A DNA stretch of 64,000 nucleotides from Phoronis australis (Eukaryota > Animalia > Phoronida). Shown piece after piece: positions 1 through 13,873 of this stretch (within the stretch, counting starts at the first letter, position 1; each line of letters opens with the position of its first letter). Below the pieces are notes generated by a model that saw nothing but the letters and a program-made list of their open reading frames with translations, ran no database searches and had not been told where the DNA came from. The stretch covers positions 310,001-374,000 of the forward strand of contig NMRA01000012.1 of NCBI GenBank assembly GCA_002633005.1, written 5' to 3'. A program made the translations under genes and the position numbers.

Positions 1-2138
1 ATGACCAATTCCATCTTCAGGGGCCCAGTATCTTGCAAACAGGCTCACCTCCTGAGGCAGACAAATGCGATTGGGCCCTTCCGATTTTTGCCAAACTATT
101 CTGGCTTGTGTCTGTTTACTCTGTAGTACTGTATTATGTCTTTTCAAGCTTTTGTGTCACCTAGTAGCATACGGCCATCTTAAGGTGTTAAACTTTGAAA
201 AGAACTCAGTCAAGGCATACCTCTTCTGTTTAAAACAGATGTCTTGCAGATATCTTCCATTGATAAAGGAATTACCTTAGGTACAAGACAGATACACAAG
301 ACGATGCTTGTTCTTTCTGTCAGTTCAATCCATCTAAAAAACACCTTAACTTTTTGGAAAAAGATTTAACTAAAATAGTGGCACTTTAATTAAGCTCTTT
401 GTCTTAGAGTTCTATCTATGGCTTTGAGGGATATTTGAAAAGCCCTGACCTGTGTTTAAAAATCTTGTCATGTTGAAAAGCATAAGGGCCAGATAGTGTA
501 CATCAATAACTGCGAGGTGAGCTGTTCTTAAGAGAAGTTACTATAGCTCTGCTCATAACTCATGCATGCAGGTTACCTGCCCACAGAACAAAAAGCTCAC
601 TGATCTGTAACTCTCATAGTAAACAGTGCAAATATATACACATGGTTGGAGTTAGTCAATGAGAGAGATTTATTGTTGTCTGGTGATGCAATAATTCGTT
701 TTTCGTTGGATACTGAAGGTAATCGACTATGTATTTGTCTCAGCGCACCCGCATGCTGTGAGGATTTATGTTTACCATGTGAATGAAGTACAACAAGTGA
801 GACATTTGCCTCGTGAGGCAAAATCCTCACAGTTCAACTTGCTGCAGACACTGAGTTCATTTGCAGTAGAGGCACGTAGCTCTACATCTGTATTGGCCGT
901 AAGACTTGTCTGCTTGTCATTTGGTGGGAAGACAAATGATGAAAATGATATTGCACAATACTGCTTTTTCTCATTAGTTTCCTGTATGTAGACATACTGT
1001 AATTACTGACTTTGTCAAAAAATAATGGCCATAATTTCATATTTCCACTGTTCAAGACATAGTTGTCTTGCTGCAGATAATTGAAACTTTGCCAAATATT
1101 GTTTTGTGACATCTACACAGTACAAACCAAGCTTAATAAAAAACTAAAATTTTCATAATCTTAGTTTTTCTTGTTAAATTTGCAAAAAATCATAATAGGC
1201 AGAGAATTACAGAAGTAAATGGCTTTTATTTAAATCATGGCTGATTATAGTTGTGTAGATTTTCAGTTTGCATGAAGAATAATACATAAACAAGAGGTAC
1301 TCTTAGTTTCATACTATAGAGAACTCTGCTTTTGCCTGTTTTTAAACTTTGGAGCCATGATTTTTTACCCCATAATAACTATTTAATGTTTACAATGTCA
1401 GTCATCCCAGAACTAGTTGAAGGATATCGTCAACATTACTTTGGGCCAACGTAATGTTTATATCAATTTAAAATCCCGTCATTTCTTTCTTGATTTTCTT
1501 TTTTGTTTGTAAAACTGTGAAAGTGATATGTATTTCACTGACCATATCTGATAAATTTTTTATATTTGTGGTTACCAGACATATGAAGCTTATGGTGTGT
1601 TTTGTCATTTCAAACTATGAACAAATGGTTACCATGAATAACCAGCTGCGATGTTATAGCAATTGTTTGGTTCAGGCAGTCTTTGGTCAGATTATTTCTG
1701 TTCGCATATCTCCAGTTTGTGTAGTGTTTATTCGAACCCCTTGGCTGTCACTGTTCAGTAGTTTGTTTCTCCACTTTGAAAGCCTGCGGCAGCATATTTT
1801 TTCATATTGTTTTATTTGGTGTGTTTCATCTCTTATGCTAGTGAGTACCTTTGTTCTTTCCTCTGTCAGAAAACCCCCTTTTAGGTTTTCTGTGATACTG
1901 TATTCTTCAACTGCATTCAGGTAGAAAACGTGGGAAAAGGAAACAACTTTGGCTGGAATGCTCCACTTATAGCATGGGACTCATTACTTGTTTGTTTGTT
2001 ATTCATGCCAAATGACTGCTAGCTATTGGTTGGCATTTGACCAACACTGGTAAGGGGGCGGCTCAGGGGGTGGCTCGGTTTATTTTTATGAGGACTTACT
2101 TATTTTCTGTCCCACTTCCATACACTGTCTACAGTTAG

Positions 2139-2510
2139 TTATTTATTTATTATAGTGACAAGTACAATTATCAATTATTACCATACAATCCAGTTGATAT
2201 GGATGTACCCAACCCTTTGGATTTGTCACCTTCAATATCCACATATATTGATGTAGTGGGGTATAGCGTCTCTTTTCTTCTGAAGTACACGGCACTTTCA
2301 CAAATTTTGCCTATTGGCGACTGGCGAGGAAAGCTATGAAACATAAACTGAAGTTTTTCAATGTCACTCATATAATTAAAGTCTAAATTATGAGAAGCAA
2401 CTTTGGAGAGAAGATTGTTTCTCAGGTGGTTATACAATGGGCAGAAAAAATGAAATGTAATTCATCTTCGATAAATTTAGGCTACAACAAGTACAAATTC
2501 TTTCATCAGC
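2139..2510 (-). mobile_element. 3' end fragment of a non-LTR retrotransposon (ORF2 C-terminal CCHC knuckle)
   Basis: Minus strand reads DERICTCCSLN / IEDELHFIFFCPLYNHLRNNLL (one frameshift), a C-x2-C...EDExHF...CPxY motif, followed by an AATAAATAAAT tail. Confidence 0.7.
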
Positions 2511-5101
2511 AGGAATATATTATATATGTGACACATGGCTGACACACTTCAAAACACTACAATATTTGAGCCACAGTGTCCACTAAATGCAAGCCAAACC
2601 TCTGTTCTTTAATAGAACCCATGTTTAAAGTCCCATTTGCCCAGATTTAATTCATTGTCTTGCTATTCGTGACATTTAAAGCACACATGGCATGCCTGTA
2701 AATATGTTTATCATACCATGTGCAATTCATGTTACTTGATACTTGTGGAAAGAATTACTTCAGCAGAGATTTTGATTTTTGGTAGCATATATCTTGTAGA
2801 TCTTCTATATCCTGGTTTTCAGCGACATGGGAAAACGGACAAAATTGCCGGAATCGAACAGCATTAGAAGTTTTGAACATATTTTAGTTTTAGGTACTGT
2901 ATCATGTATTCTATTATTTTTGTTTTTTTCATTGCCAAAAATTAAGAATATAATCATCAAATTCATTAACCAAGACCGATTGTGGTCATAAGTCAATTGA
3001 CTATATCATTTGGCACAGGATGTGCTCTGGTACTTAAAACATTCCTGAAGATGTCAGTGTTCAACGAACATTGTATGTAACAAGGTATTAAAGTTAAGAA
3101 GAATGCCACCCGATTTAATTATTCTTTTTTACCGTCTGAATCGGTCTATATACGGTCGATCTCACCTCACCGAAAGGTGTTGCGTTAACCTGTGAGGAAA
3201 TTGAGAAACGACTCAGCGAGGTCAGTGGTTCTTCTGCAAAGTGAGTGCCGCTATGGAGTGATGTATCGTTCCTGCTTATGCGAACTGTGAAGCTACGAGG
3301 AAAGCACGTATATCGTTTTTTCAATTTACTCGAGAGCACACAATGCTTCGGAAGTGGTTCGTGGTAGTGAAGAATGGAAAGTACGCCGTAATACCAATTA
3401 AGTATGAGGCTGTGAAACGTCTCCGTGTCTGTGGCCAGCATTTCATCTACAGTTATTTCACTGACAATCGAATGCCGGCTTACCAAAGAGCTCATGCCAG
3501 GGCAGAAGAAGAGACTGAGGAGGAAGTCATATGTTGTGCCTAGTGTGTTTACGTTCGGGAGGCAGGAGACAAAACAACGCGGATCGGTTGTTGCTCAGTT
3601 TTTGATTATGGAGAATTGTAGCTGGCCATGAAAACATAAACAATTACAATTAATTCAAGGCATGAGAACATAACGTTTTATATAACCTGTTTGATGACTT
3701 ATTCGTTTGTCAGGCTTCTGTTTGGTCCTCTCGTAAGCAGACTTCTGTTTANTGGAGAGAAGATTGTTTCTCAGGTGGTTATACAATGGGCAGAAAAAAT
3801 GAAATGTAATTCATCTTCGATAAATTTAGGCTACAACAAGTACAAATTCTTTCATCAGCAGGAATATATTATATATGTGACACATGGCTGACACACTTCA
3901 AAACACTACAATATTTTAGCCACAGTGTCCACTAAATGCAAGCCAAACCTCTGTTCTTTAATAGAACCCATGTTTAAAGTCCCATTTGCCCAGATTTAAT
4001 TCATTGTCTGGCTATTCGTAACATTTAAAGCACACATGGCATGCCTGTAAATATGTTTATCATACCATGTGCAATTCATGTTACTTGATACTTGTGGAAA
4101 GAATTACTTCAGCAGAGATTTTGATTTTTGGTAGCATATATCTTGTAGATCTTCTATACCCTGGTTTTCAGCAACATGGGAAAACGGACAAAATTGCCGG
4201 AATCGAACAGCATTAGAAGTTTTGAACATATTTTAGTTTTAGGTACTGTATCATGTATTCTATTATTTTTGTTTTTTTTCATTGCCAAAAATTAAGAATA
4301 TAATCATCAAATTCATTAACCGAGACCGATTGTGGTCATAAGTCAATTGACTATATCATTTGGCACAGGATGTGCTCTGGTACTTAAACATTCGTGAAGA
4401 TGTCAGTGTTCAACGAACATTGTATGTAACAAGGTATTAAAGTTAAGGAGAATGCCACCCGATTTAATTAGTCTTTTTTACCGTCTTAATCGGTCTATAT
4501 ACGGTCGATCTCACCTCACCGAAAGGTGTTGCGTTAACCTGTGAGGAAATTGAGAAACGACTCAGCGAGGTCAGTAGTTCTTCTGCAAAGTGAGTGCCGC
4601 TATGGAGTGATGTATCGTTCCTGCTTATGCGAACTATGAAGCTACGAGGAAAGCAGGTATATCGTTTTTTCCAATTTACTCGAGAGCACACAATGCTTCG
4701 GAAGTGGTTCGTGGTAGTGAAAAATGGAAAGTACGCCGTAATACCAATTATGTATGAGGCTGTGAAACGTCTCCGTGTCTGTGGCCGGCATTTCGTCTAC
4801 AGTTATTTCACTGACAATCGAATGCCGGCTTACCAAAGAGCTCATGCCAGGGCAGAAGAAGAGACTGAGGAGGAAGTCATCTGTTGTGCCTAGTGTGTTT
4901 GCGTTCGGGAGGCAGGAGACAAAACAACGCGGATCGGTTGTTGCTCAGTTTTTGATTATGGAGAATTGTATCTGGCCATGAAAACATAAACAATTACAAT
5001 TAATTCAAGGCATGAGAACATAACGTTTTATATAACCTGTTTGATGACTTATTCGTTTGTCAGGCTTCTGTTTGGTCCTCTCGTAAGCAGACTTCTGTTT
5101 A
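2404..5101. repeat. Near-identical 1.35-kb direct duplication (2404-3751 / 3753-5101) joined at a single N
   Basis: Copies differ by scattered substitutions; junction is an assembly N, so probably two haplotypes. Confidence 0.9.
3250..3555 (+). pseudogene. Degenerate THAP zinc-finger domain (copy 1)
   Basis: CIVPAYANC...ISFFQFTRE...RKWF...LRVCGQHF...(frameshift)...VVPSVF follows the THAP pattern; contains a stop and a frameshift. Confidence 0.7.
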
Positions 5102-5420
5102 GATACGGTGCAAAATCAGGATGGTCCATGAGACACATCTACGGTTCTCCAAGAAGGGGTTTCACTTGCGGAATTTCGTGGCAGCAAACAGAAGCATCAT
5201 TTGTTTCCATTATCCTGCAGTTAGCTCACTGACATCATGACAAATCATTCAAACAGTTTTCGGAACCATCCATATGTTCCATTGTCTGTATGCGGCACCT
5301 CTCTTGTATTTCTTGATCAGTGAATTCTGGTTCGAACTGATAGCTTGTGAAACCTAACGATCGACCTGTGAAGTCTTCGTCGGATGAGCACTCATCTAAA
5401 TCTGGATTACGAGTTGCCAC
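4600..5420. mobile_element. Internally deleted Kolobok-like DNA transposon relic: THAP remnant (+, about 4600-4905) convergent with a P2X7-C-terminal/KolX-like remnant (-, 5420 to about 4915)
   Basis: Minus strand SYQFEPEFT...LNDLS*CQ*ANCRIMETNDASVCCHEIPQV...CLMDHPDF, then IRVVL after an intron-like gap; THAP on the opposite strand. Termini not securely identified. Confidence 0.6.
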
Positions 5421-6829
5421 GGTTGACGTTTATTATTGTGCACTCTGTTTCAAAATGAATTATTCTCACCCTAACCAATGCTTATTTAGAACTGAAACAA
5501 AGATGCAATAAACTAATTGACCGGGCATCTTCATACCGTGAATAATATGTTTACAAGGAAGTCACGCATTTCTAAAAATATGCGGGAATTTTCACCGCTT
5601 GTCCTTCTGATTGGCTTGTACCAGGATCAAAGAGAGTGCGGCACCGGAATCAGGTACAGCTGTGATGACCACATTGCACGATTTGAGCAAGACCCAATTT
5701 AATGTAATTACCCAACCATAAACTGTATTAAACATCTCTGACTGTACATAATGGCAAATTTTCGAAATGCATTAACCATTAATTTTCGTTATGAACAAAC
5801 ACCATGGTGGCATTCAGCTGGAAAAAATACAACCAAGTACGTTTTTTGATTTTTAACATTCGATGAACGAATAATCTAAAAACTACAACCATTCGGTACG
5901 CGCGTATTGATATACTTGGTAGATATACAAAGGCTGATCAGAGTTAACAATATCACATGGATTCATTTCTTAATATTTTTTCAATCTCGTTTAACCAGAT
6001 TTTTTACCAGGAAACAGTTGTTGTGCCCACTTTTCATTTTTTTATTACTGACAAAGAGCTAGAATAGTTATATAGTCAGTGCCACTGAAATGGTCCAGAG
6101 ATTCCAAATCTTCAGTTTGGTTATCACCATATTTGCACTTTTGTATATATTGTGTGATTTCTAATAAAGATTAAACTTTAATGACACGTGAAATGTTTAG
6201 TGTACCTGTACTGTGGTAAGTTTAGGTATGGGCTCACTTTGAACTTAACTAATTAAGTTTAGCTGGCGATCAAAATCTACCACTGTTTTGGTACTTCAAG
6301 TTTAAAACTTGGATAAAAAGTTATCAACCCGTTTCCGGTAAGAAAAAAAACAAGTGGGCAGAAGCATTAAAAATTAAATAAAGAAAACCAATATGAAACT
6401 TATCGTTCCTCTGGGAAGTGGCCCTTTGGGAAGATAAACACAAGTTAACCTACAAGTTAAAACTACTCTCCAGAGTTGCAGGCTATAACTCTGCAAATGT
6501 CAGAGAAAACCAAATTGGGGGTACTAACGACCACTGTTGTTAAGACAGTAATGCTAGCTATTACCTTTCCACTTCATTAGCTCAGATCTACATCAATACA
6601 AAGGGCATGCTGAATAGGGATTGTAAAAGTTGTCTGGGGCTTAGGGAATCAGAGTGGTCACCAGTGTAAGGGAGAAATTCTCCACATGTTGGCCTGTGGG
6701 CTGATGCTATGTCAGTGTTTGCTGACAAAAAGCTGTTGTGAAACAATATCTCGAATGTATATCCTATGGTCAGATGTTAGGGGAATCTATTTAGATATTC
6801 ATATACATTATTCGAATCATTGTTACTGT

Positions 6830-7490
6830 GCAATTGCCCGGACGGTTTTGCTGTGGAAGGGTAACCTGACTTCGCGGCCCCGGACGAGCTAGTAAGAAGA
6901 TTTGCAGTTTTGCATCTAATGCACCAAAATAATCACGTGCACATTATTTCTTTGGGTCACTAGTATAGTCTTTTCGTGACTGGAAGTTTAGTTTCTAACT
7001 TTGGCTGGTTTATGGTCCCGATGTCTTCAGGCCGGCCGCGACAGGCCTGATCAGGTTCCAAGCCACTGGCCGGGATAACAAGCGTTTTTGTGTGTTTAGA
7101 ACTGAAAAAATCGCAAGTCTAAAATTACAACACACAGCTATGTTTTCCTGTCTGTATTTCACGGATGAATAATTCAAATTTATCACCGAACAGGGCCCAA
7201 AACTCCCGCGACCGACCCTTGGTAAATTGGCCTACCAAACTTTGTAGGCTACGGTACAATACCTATAAATCTGTAACAGCGATATAAAACAATACATTTG
7301 TTCAATAACTCGATGTATTTGTAAGGGTTTTGCATCAAATTTTGTTGATTCATTGGTGTAAAACAATGAATTGAACCGATAAGCAGGACATCAGTAAGTG
7401 TGTTGTGAACTTCTGAACAGACTGTGTTTGAACCTCTGACGTCATTGGTTATTTTCAACACCTCCATCTGCCGTCATGTGTCAGGTAAAA
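6830..7490 (+). promoter_or_regulatory. Candidate CpG-rich promoter and non-coding first exon of NDST (donor CAG|GTAAAA at 7485)
   Basis: Locally CpG-dense (CGCGGCCCCGG, GCCGGCCGCG, CCCGCGACCG; CACGTG near 6934) versus the CpG-poor downstream body. NDST coding exon 1 has an acceptor, so an upstream exon must exist. The link to this donor is inferred. Confidence 0.4.
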
Positions 7491-8434
7491 GAATCGTACT
7501 TGCTGTTATCGAGTGGAACTACTCGATCTAAATTTATACAAAATAGGTTGCTTTTTTGGGTGGCATCTGAGCTGCAACATTAATGCAACAGAACTAGTAA
7601 GACTACTTCTACTACGGTCTTCCCTTGAGATTACAGAAAAAAGGAAATTGCTAATTTACAAAATGGAAAAATGTAGTTTCAGGTTTGTTTGCTAAAACAT
7701 ATTTCTATTTATTTTTGAAAAATGGAAAATCAGGGTCGATTTATGTCTGAGTGTTTTCGCATAGAACTGTGTGTATTCTTATCTTTGGTTTCAGGAAGTG
7801 CATTACATTCATCTGTGCTTCTTGTCCGAGGACAAATCTTATCTCATTTGGTTGAAAGTATGGCAAATGTCACCAATTTAAGGACACAATATGGCTGACT
7901 GCTAACACTTTATTTTCTCACTTTTTTAATAAAAGACGGTCTTGCCTCATCTCAGCCGATCACCCAGATTATGTATCTTGCACCATGCGACAAATATCAT
8001 AATGGCTCTATAGGATTACACTCGTGTGGTTTGCACTTCACTATGGACCAAATTTTATAAATTGTGTTTTTAATTTGGCACAGAGAAAAAGAAATTTCAT
8101 CTAGATGTGTAACTGTTCATGAGTATTGTAGTTACGAACCTTCAAAATGTTACTACTGTAAAAGTCTAATGTAATGTTTTTGTAATGACTGTTGGATACA
8201 GCTAGGTTACTTGCACTAACATTCAAACCTTTAAAGGTGTGCCACTGTGCAGGTGTGGATGGTGCTGTTGTTCTTCATACATGTTCAATAGTAGAGTTTT
8301 GTTTGCTCAATGAATTTTGTGGTAAAATTTTCCTGGCAGCTCATGGTACACTACACTGGCCCTTTATTTGATATGTGTAATGTGGGACTTGACTGAAGAC
8401 TTCAAGTGTTAGGACTACGCTACTCGTTCCACTT

Positions 8435-8484
8435 GTTCTGTACTCTAGTCGTTCTGTACTCTAGTCGTTCTGTACTCTAGTCGT
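8435..8484. repeat. 16-bp tandem repeat x3 (GTTCTGTACTCTAGTC)
   Basis: Directly visible. Confidence 0.85.
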
Positions 8485-11400
8485 AAGGTCCCTTCAGAGG
8501 AGGTAAATGCGCTAATGTACTTACTGCTGATCGGGGTATTCAGCACAATCGATGTCTTTTTCCTTAGAGCAATGTTCTCCTCTACATAAAATTCAGCAGT
8601 TCAATGTCGACAATTACAAAATATTCAGAAACCTGTGTTGTTGCTGTGACGGTGGTGCTGATGGGAGTGCTGGTGGGGGTGCTGGTGGGATGAGTTGTGT
8701 TTAATGGCCTAGGAACCAATACACTGAAGTGGTTCCAAATGTTCAAAATTTGTTTAAAATAAATGACTTTAATTTCCTCATGGTTTTAAACTCAAACTGG
8801 AAGCAGGTATGCCAAGCTCCGCATAGCAAAATCCAAACTAGTAACTGCGACCAGTCAAATCGGGTTTTGAAGGACACAGGATGGAAATAATAAATATGTA
8901 TTCTGGAATTTTGATTGTTTTGCCACTGTCGAAAAGAGCATTGGTAAAAACTGCTTTCTTGCAACACTATTCTCAAGTCATAGTGTGTACACAACTTTAG
9001 TCATTCAGTGTGCAACAAGTATATCTCAATATTCCTTTAACATTTTACAAATTGATGTTTTCATGTAGATATACTTTGTTTTATTGTTCCATTAACTGTT
9101 AGGATGGTAATTTAGGTATATGAATTAAAAAAGTAAGTTTGGAGAAATAAAATTTAAGAAATTACAAATTGATATATTGTATTAGTGAACTTTGGTTTGA
9201 TTTAGTAGACTGCTTGGCCTCTGAAATTGACCTTAGTACAAGGTTATCTCTAGTTATAGGGACATTTATCATTTAAGGATGTTTAATGTCAATAGTGTAT
9301 TGCCATCTGCTGCAAACTTTTATTCATTTGTGTTCAATCCAGAGTGCCATTTGTGATTGCTTTTGTTGTTGAAACTTAAATTAGATTTTCATTTGCACTG
9401 GAGGCACAAGAATGGCATACCAAGTAGTCTGTCTGCTAGGGAAACACTCCTTTAACCATTACCCTACCACTTGGAAATAAGTGCGGGTTAGTGCCAGGAT
9501 AAAAACAAGTTTTACTTTTTTATTGAGTAAGGTTGATGTTTTGAACATCTCTATTGTTCTGATAAAATGGCATGTTGTGGGAGTCTATCCCAAAGTAAAA
9601 CAGAGTTGTCCAACTGCACCCAACCTAGTTGGCGTCACATCACTACTTGATCATGTGGCTGGTTGGTGTTGTTGGAAAATGAGCTTACAGTTCCATGTAT
9701 CTGGTAGCACCCCAGGATATTGTCTTTGTGTGGCTGACAGTTTAATTCCCATGTCTGCTGTCACTATCTGGTCTTGTGTCTGGTTGGTCCTGCTGGATAT
9801 CATCCTAATTCTTCCCACAACATGGCCTACAAGTAAAATTCCATTTTGTTAACCCCCCCCGAATTTTTTCCTGAACCTCCCATTATTTGCAAAAAGGCAA
9901 TCATCTTTTGAAGTTTGAAAAATGGAAAAATGACTATTTTGGCAATTATTTTTGTATGAACTAAATGGAGAATTAGTGTTGGCTTTACAGTTCTGTATAT
10001 CTTTGATGGTACCCTAGGAAACTGTCTTGATTTGTTGGCAGCTTAATACCCATGTTTGTTGTGACAACTCTTTTGTCACCTTTGTCATCCAGGCTAAGAG
10101 CTTCACAGTTTGTTGACTAGAGTCACTGAACTCTAAAGTGTTCCTAATTGACTCAGAATTGTTCAATAGCATTGTGCAGTCTTCCATAACAGGATCCTGA
10201 GCTTATAAGCTTTCAACAGAAAGGGTGCTACAGGAAATTACATTGGGCATTTTCTACACCACTTTTGTGCCATCTCAAGATAAGTGTCTATTATTCTATG
10301 CTGAAGTACATAATGACTTACTTGGATAATTTATTAATCCTAGTTTGCTGTTGATAAACCCAACTTTAAGGCTAAAGGTCATCAAGTGCAGACTTGGACT
10401 AGATACTCATATGCCTAAACTAATAACCACTTATCTTGAGTTCGCACAAAAGTATCGGAGAAATTGCCAAAAATAATTTCGATTTCGTTTGGAGTACAAA
10501 GATTAGATTGCGGGCCACTTCTGTCCTCTGATTGACAAAGAGCACAGACTTTTGTTATGAGGTGACGTTGACCAATCCTAAGTTTCTTCAAATTGTCTAA
10601 GAACACGATGTGGGAGAACAATGAAATTTAATTTCATCAAAATTTTCAACAAGTAGACAAGAAGGCATTATCACTTCATTGTTAGTAAACTTTATATAGA
10701 ACACTTGTCATCAACAAACACACGAACACACACATGGTTACATTTTAAGCATTCTTGGCAATGCATTGACCATTGGAAAGAAATGACAATTTTGGCTGTT
10801 ATTTTGTTCGAATTTGAGGAAACTTTACTGAACCATAAACCCTGATGATGTAGTCAAAGCAGGCATGAACAATGTCTGTAAGCAAGTAAAATAGGCCAAT
10901 CCGAGAATGAGAGATGAAGAAATCAGAGAAAAGAAGCAGTAGTTATATAATAAAACACATACTGACCAATCCCTCTGGTTTATAAGGTGATGTGGACCTC
11001 CACATTGCTCACCCTTGGTTCATTAGACCTGATATTGCCCTACCCAGGATCTGTACATATCTACATAATGTTTACTGAAACTTTCAATCCTGGGTTACAT
11101 TCTCCTATCTAACTCAGTGGAAGTTCTGGAGTGAAAGCAATAATTTCACTGACATACAACATGTTTTGCGTCATCACCAAAAGTAACAGGTACCTGTCAC
11201 ATTTGAAGGTTGGTTTTTGTCGGTATTTGATGCTTGTGGTACAGGATCATGACAGATTGCCGACATTGATTGTTCTGAAATTGATATGCCACTTTGAAAG
11301 ATGTAGTTCATTTCCATGCAAATTTTCCATTCCTGTTGCCCTTTTGTAAATTATGATAGAGCATTTCAAAGGGGAACGTAGAAAAAAGAGAGGTAAGTTC

Positions 11401-11980
11401 CCCTCCCGGCTCTTATTGGATGAATGAGTAGTAGTTCTGTTAGCCAACACATGTGTCACCTGAAATTACACCTGTCTTCTGTGACACACTTCCTGTATTT
11501 ATGGGAGAGTGGGCCATGAGAGATAGGCCATTGTAGTGTTGTCTGTAGTAGGTTTGGGATGTCACCTGCAGCTGTAATCCTGAACTTGATTACTTAATGT
11601 GTGTGACTCATACTGTTACATAACAACTATGCTACCAAGTATGGGCAAGAGTGGTTAGGATTTATGCCAAGTGTTCTTTTAGGTGAAGAGTGAACACTGG
11701 ACAGGGTGAGTTCAATAACACTAGTACCTCACAAGAAAACCAAGATCTCACGAGATATTGCCATGTATTTTCAATGAGAGCATGGATTTTGGTTATATTT
11801 TTCTCTCCGCAAGACAGTTATGGAACAGTACCTTAAGTTTTGCTTTTATATAAAGAGACCTGTCTCACCAAGATACTGTAAGGCCTGTCTGAAAACGCAA
11901 TGAAATGGGTTGGGGGTGGGAAACTTGAGCAAAAAATGCCTTGGGAGCAATGAGAGCTTGAGGGTATTAGAAATTGTCTT

Positions 11981-13024
11981 CAATGTGTGTTGTAGTTTCC
12001 CACAAGTTAGTTTTAATCCATTGTGTCAACATTCTTAAGGATGCTCTGAGAACTACATTGATGTGGATTATAATTATCCAGTAGTTAAGAATATGGTGAA
12101 ATTATACTGGAGTTACCTGAAAATAATCGCCAACATTTTTCATCAGCCACTGCTGACTTCATCAAGCCTGTGCAACATCTGTTGGAGATAGTCAAATGTA
12201 GGAAATCTTTGGCAAAACACAGTTGCAGGTGTGTGACAAGTTAAGTCTAAGTTCACCTCTATTGGTGGTAACTGTATCCATATTCTGTGAGAACTACCTT
12301 TGTCTGACGCTGCCGTTATTATAAAGAAAAAGTCGTGCCCAGAAATATATCTTACAAGGTCATTTAGTTTCCATTCCGCTTTTATTCTATTCTTAGAAGA
12401 ATTACATTAAAAATGTGTTTCCCCGTGACAGGGCTTCATCTAGGATTTCGAACATAGGGTGTCCAAAATGGGGTTCACAATATTCCAGGGCGTCCATGAT
12501 TACAACGCCGCATTACCCCCCCCTCCCCACCCCATTCACCAGTAACCCCCCCCCCNNNNNNNNNNNNNNNNNNNNNCAATGTGTGTTGTAGTTTCCCACA
12601 AGTTAGTTTTAATCCATTGTGTCAACATTCTTAAGGATGCTCTGAGAACTACATTGATGTGGATTATAATTATCCAGTAGTTAAGAATATGGTGAAATTA
12701 TACTGGAGTTACCTGAAAATAATCGCCAACATTTTTCATCAGCCACTGCTGACTTCATCAAGCCTGTGCAACATCTGTTGGAGATAGTCAAATGTAGGAA
12801 ATCTTTGGCAAAACACAGTTGCAGGTGTGTGACAAGTTAAGTCTAAGTTCACCTCTATTGGTGGTAACTGTATCCATATTCTGTGAGAACTACCTTTGTC
12901 TGACGCTGCCGTTATTATAAAGAAAAAGTCGTGCCCAGAAATATATCTTACAAGGTCATTTAGTTTCCATTCCGCTTTTATTCTATTCTTAGAAGAATTA
13001 CATTAAAAATGTGTTTCCCCGTGA
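11981..13024. repeat. 448-bp direct duplication (11981-12428 / 12577-13024) around an N gap; first copy continues into a CAGGGC-starting insertion
   Basis: Copies appear identical and diverge exactly after CCCCGTGA. Confidence 0.9.
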
Positions 13025-13873
13025 TTGTGTATTCCATTTGCTAATGAGTTTTCAGGTGGTTAAAACATTCTTTGCATATTAACTAAATGTGTGTTGTGTT
13101 ATTACCTGTAGCTGAAGAGCAGCCTTCCTCCTTATTAATGCCTGCTTGGACTACTACAGAATATTTAATTGAAAGTCCATCATGGTAACTTGCTTCTAGC
13201 TTGAGCTTAAATGTTTCCTTGCAGATCATAATGCAAGTCCGTTCATTATACAAGCATCATGTTCATAGTCTTATAAGTTGTTGCAATGATTTGACTGCAT
13301 TGCCAGTTTCAACTGTTCGGTTAACGTTTGTCCAAAACTGAATAACAGACAAAAAGCCAATCCTCAATGTGGATAAGCAAGTTATTAGTTTTTAAATGTC
13401 AATTATCAATTATGGTAAAAACGTGTTTAAGACAGAACTCGACAGACAAGTCATTTTTACTTTGTCAAATATCTAGACTAAATCCAACTAAGAATTACTC
13501 ATTCTTAAGCTCAGTCCTTACCATATGCCCCTCACCAAGTAGCTTATGGTTAATATTTGCTCAGCAATGTTGTGGTCAGTGAGCCTTTGTCCTAAATTAA
13601 AGAATTCCTGGTGTAGATTGTGTCCCAGCTGCCCTACACTGGCTCTCTAAATTCATTGACAGGTTACATCACAGGAACCTTTGCTTGTGATGTTTAGCTC
13701 CAGGTTGTAGTTTAGAAATGCATTTCATCAGGCCATGTTTCACCAGCTGGTTTTCATTACGGTTAACCTTTGAAGTTGATGCCAATCCATGAATTTGAGG
13801 TCATCTGAATTCCAGCTCTAGTATGTTCTGATTGTTGTCAGGAGACAATTAATTAGTGTCACCATGTGTCTAA

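Noticed and set aside
1-1930. Possible exons of another gene (short ORFs, splice-like signals near 744-898 and 47-120)
   Set aside because: No recognisable domain or consistent exon chain.
2404-5101. Tandem duplicated THAP gene pair
   Set aside because: Copies abut a single assembly N, are near-identical and both are disrupted; best read as haplotype duplication.
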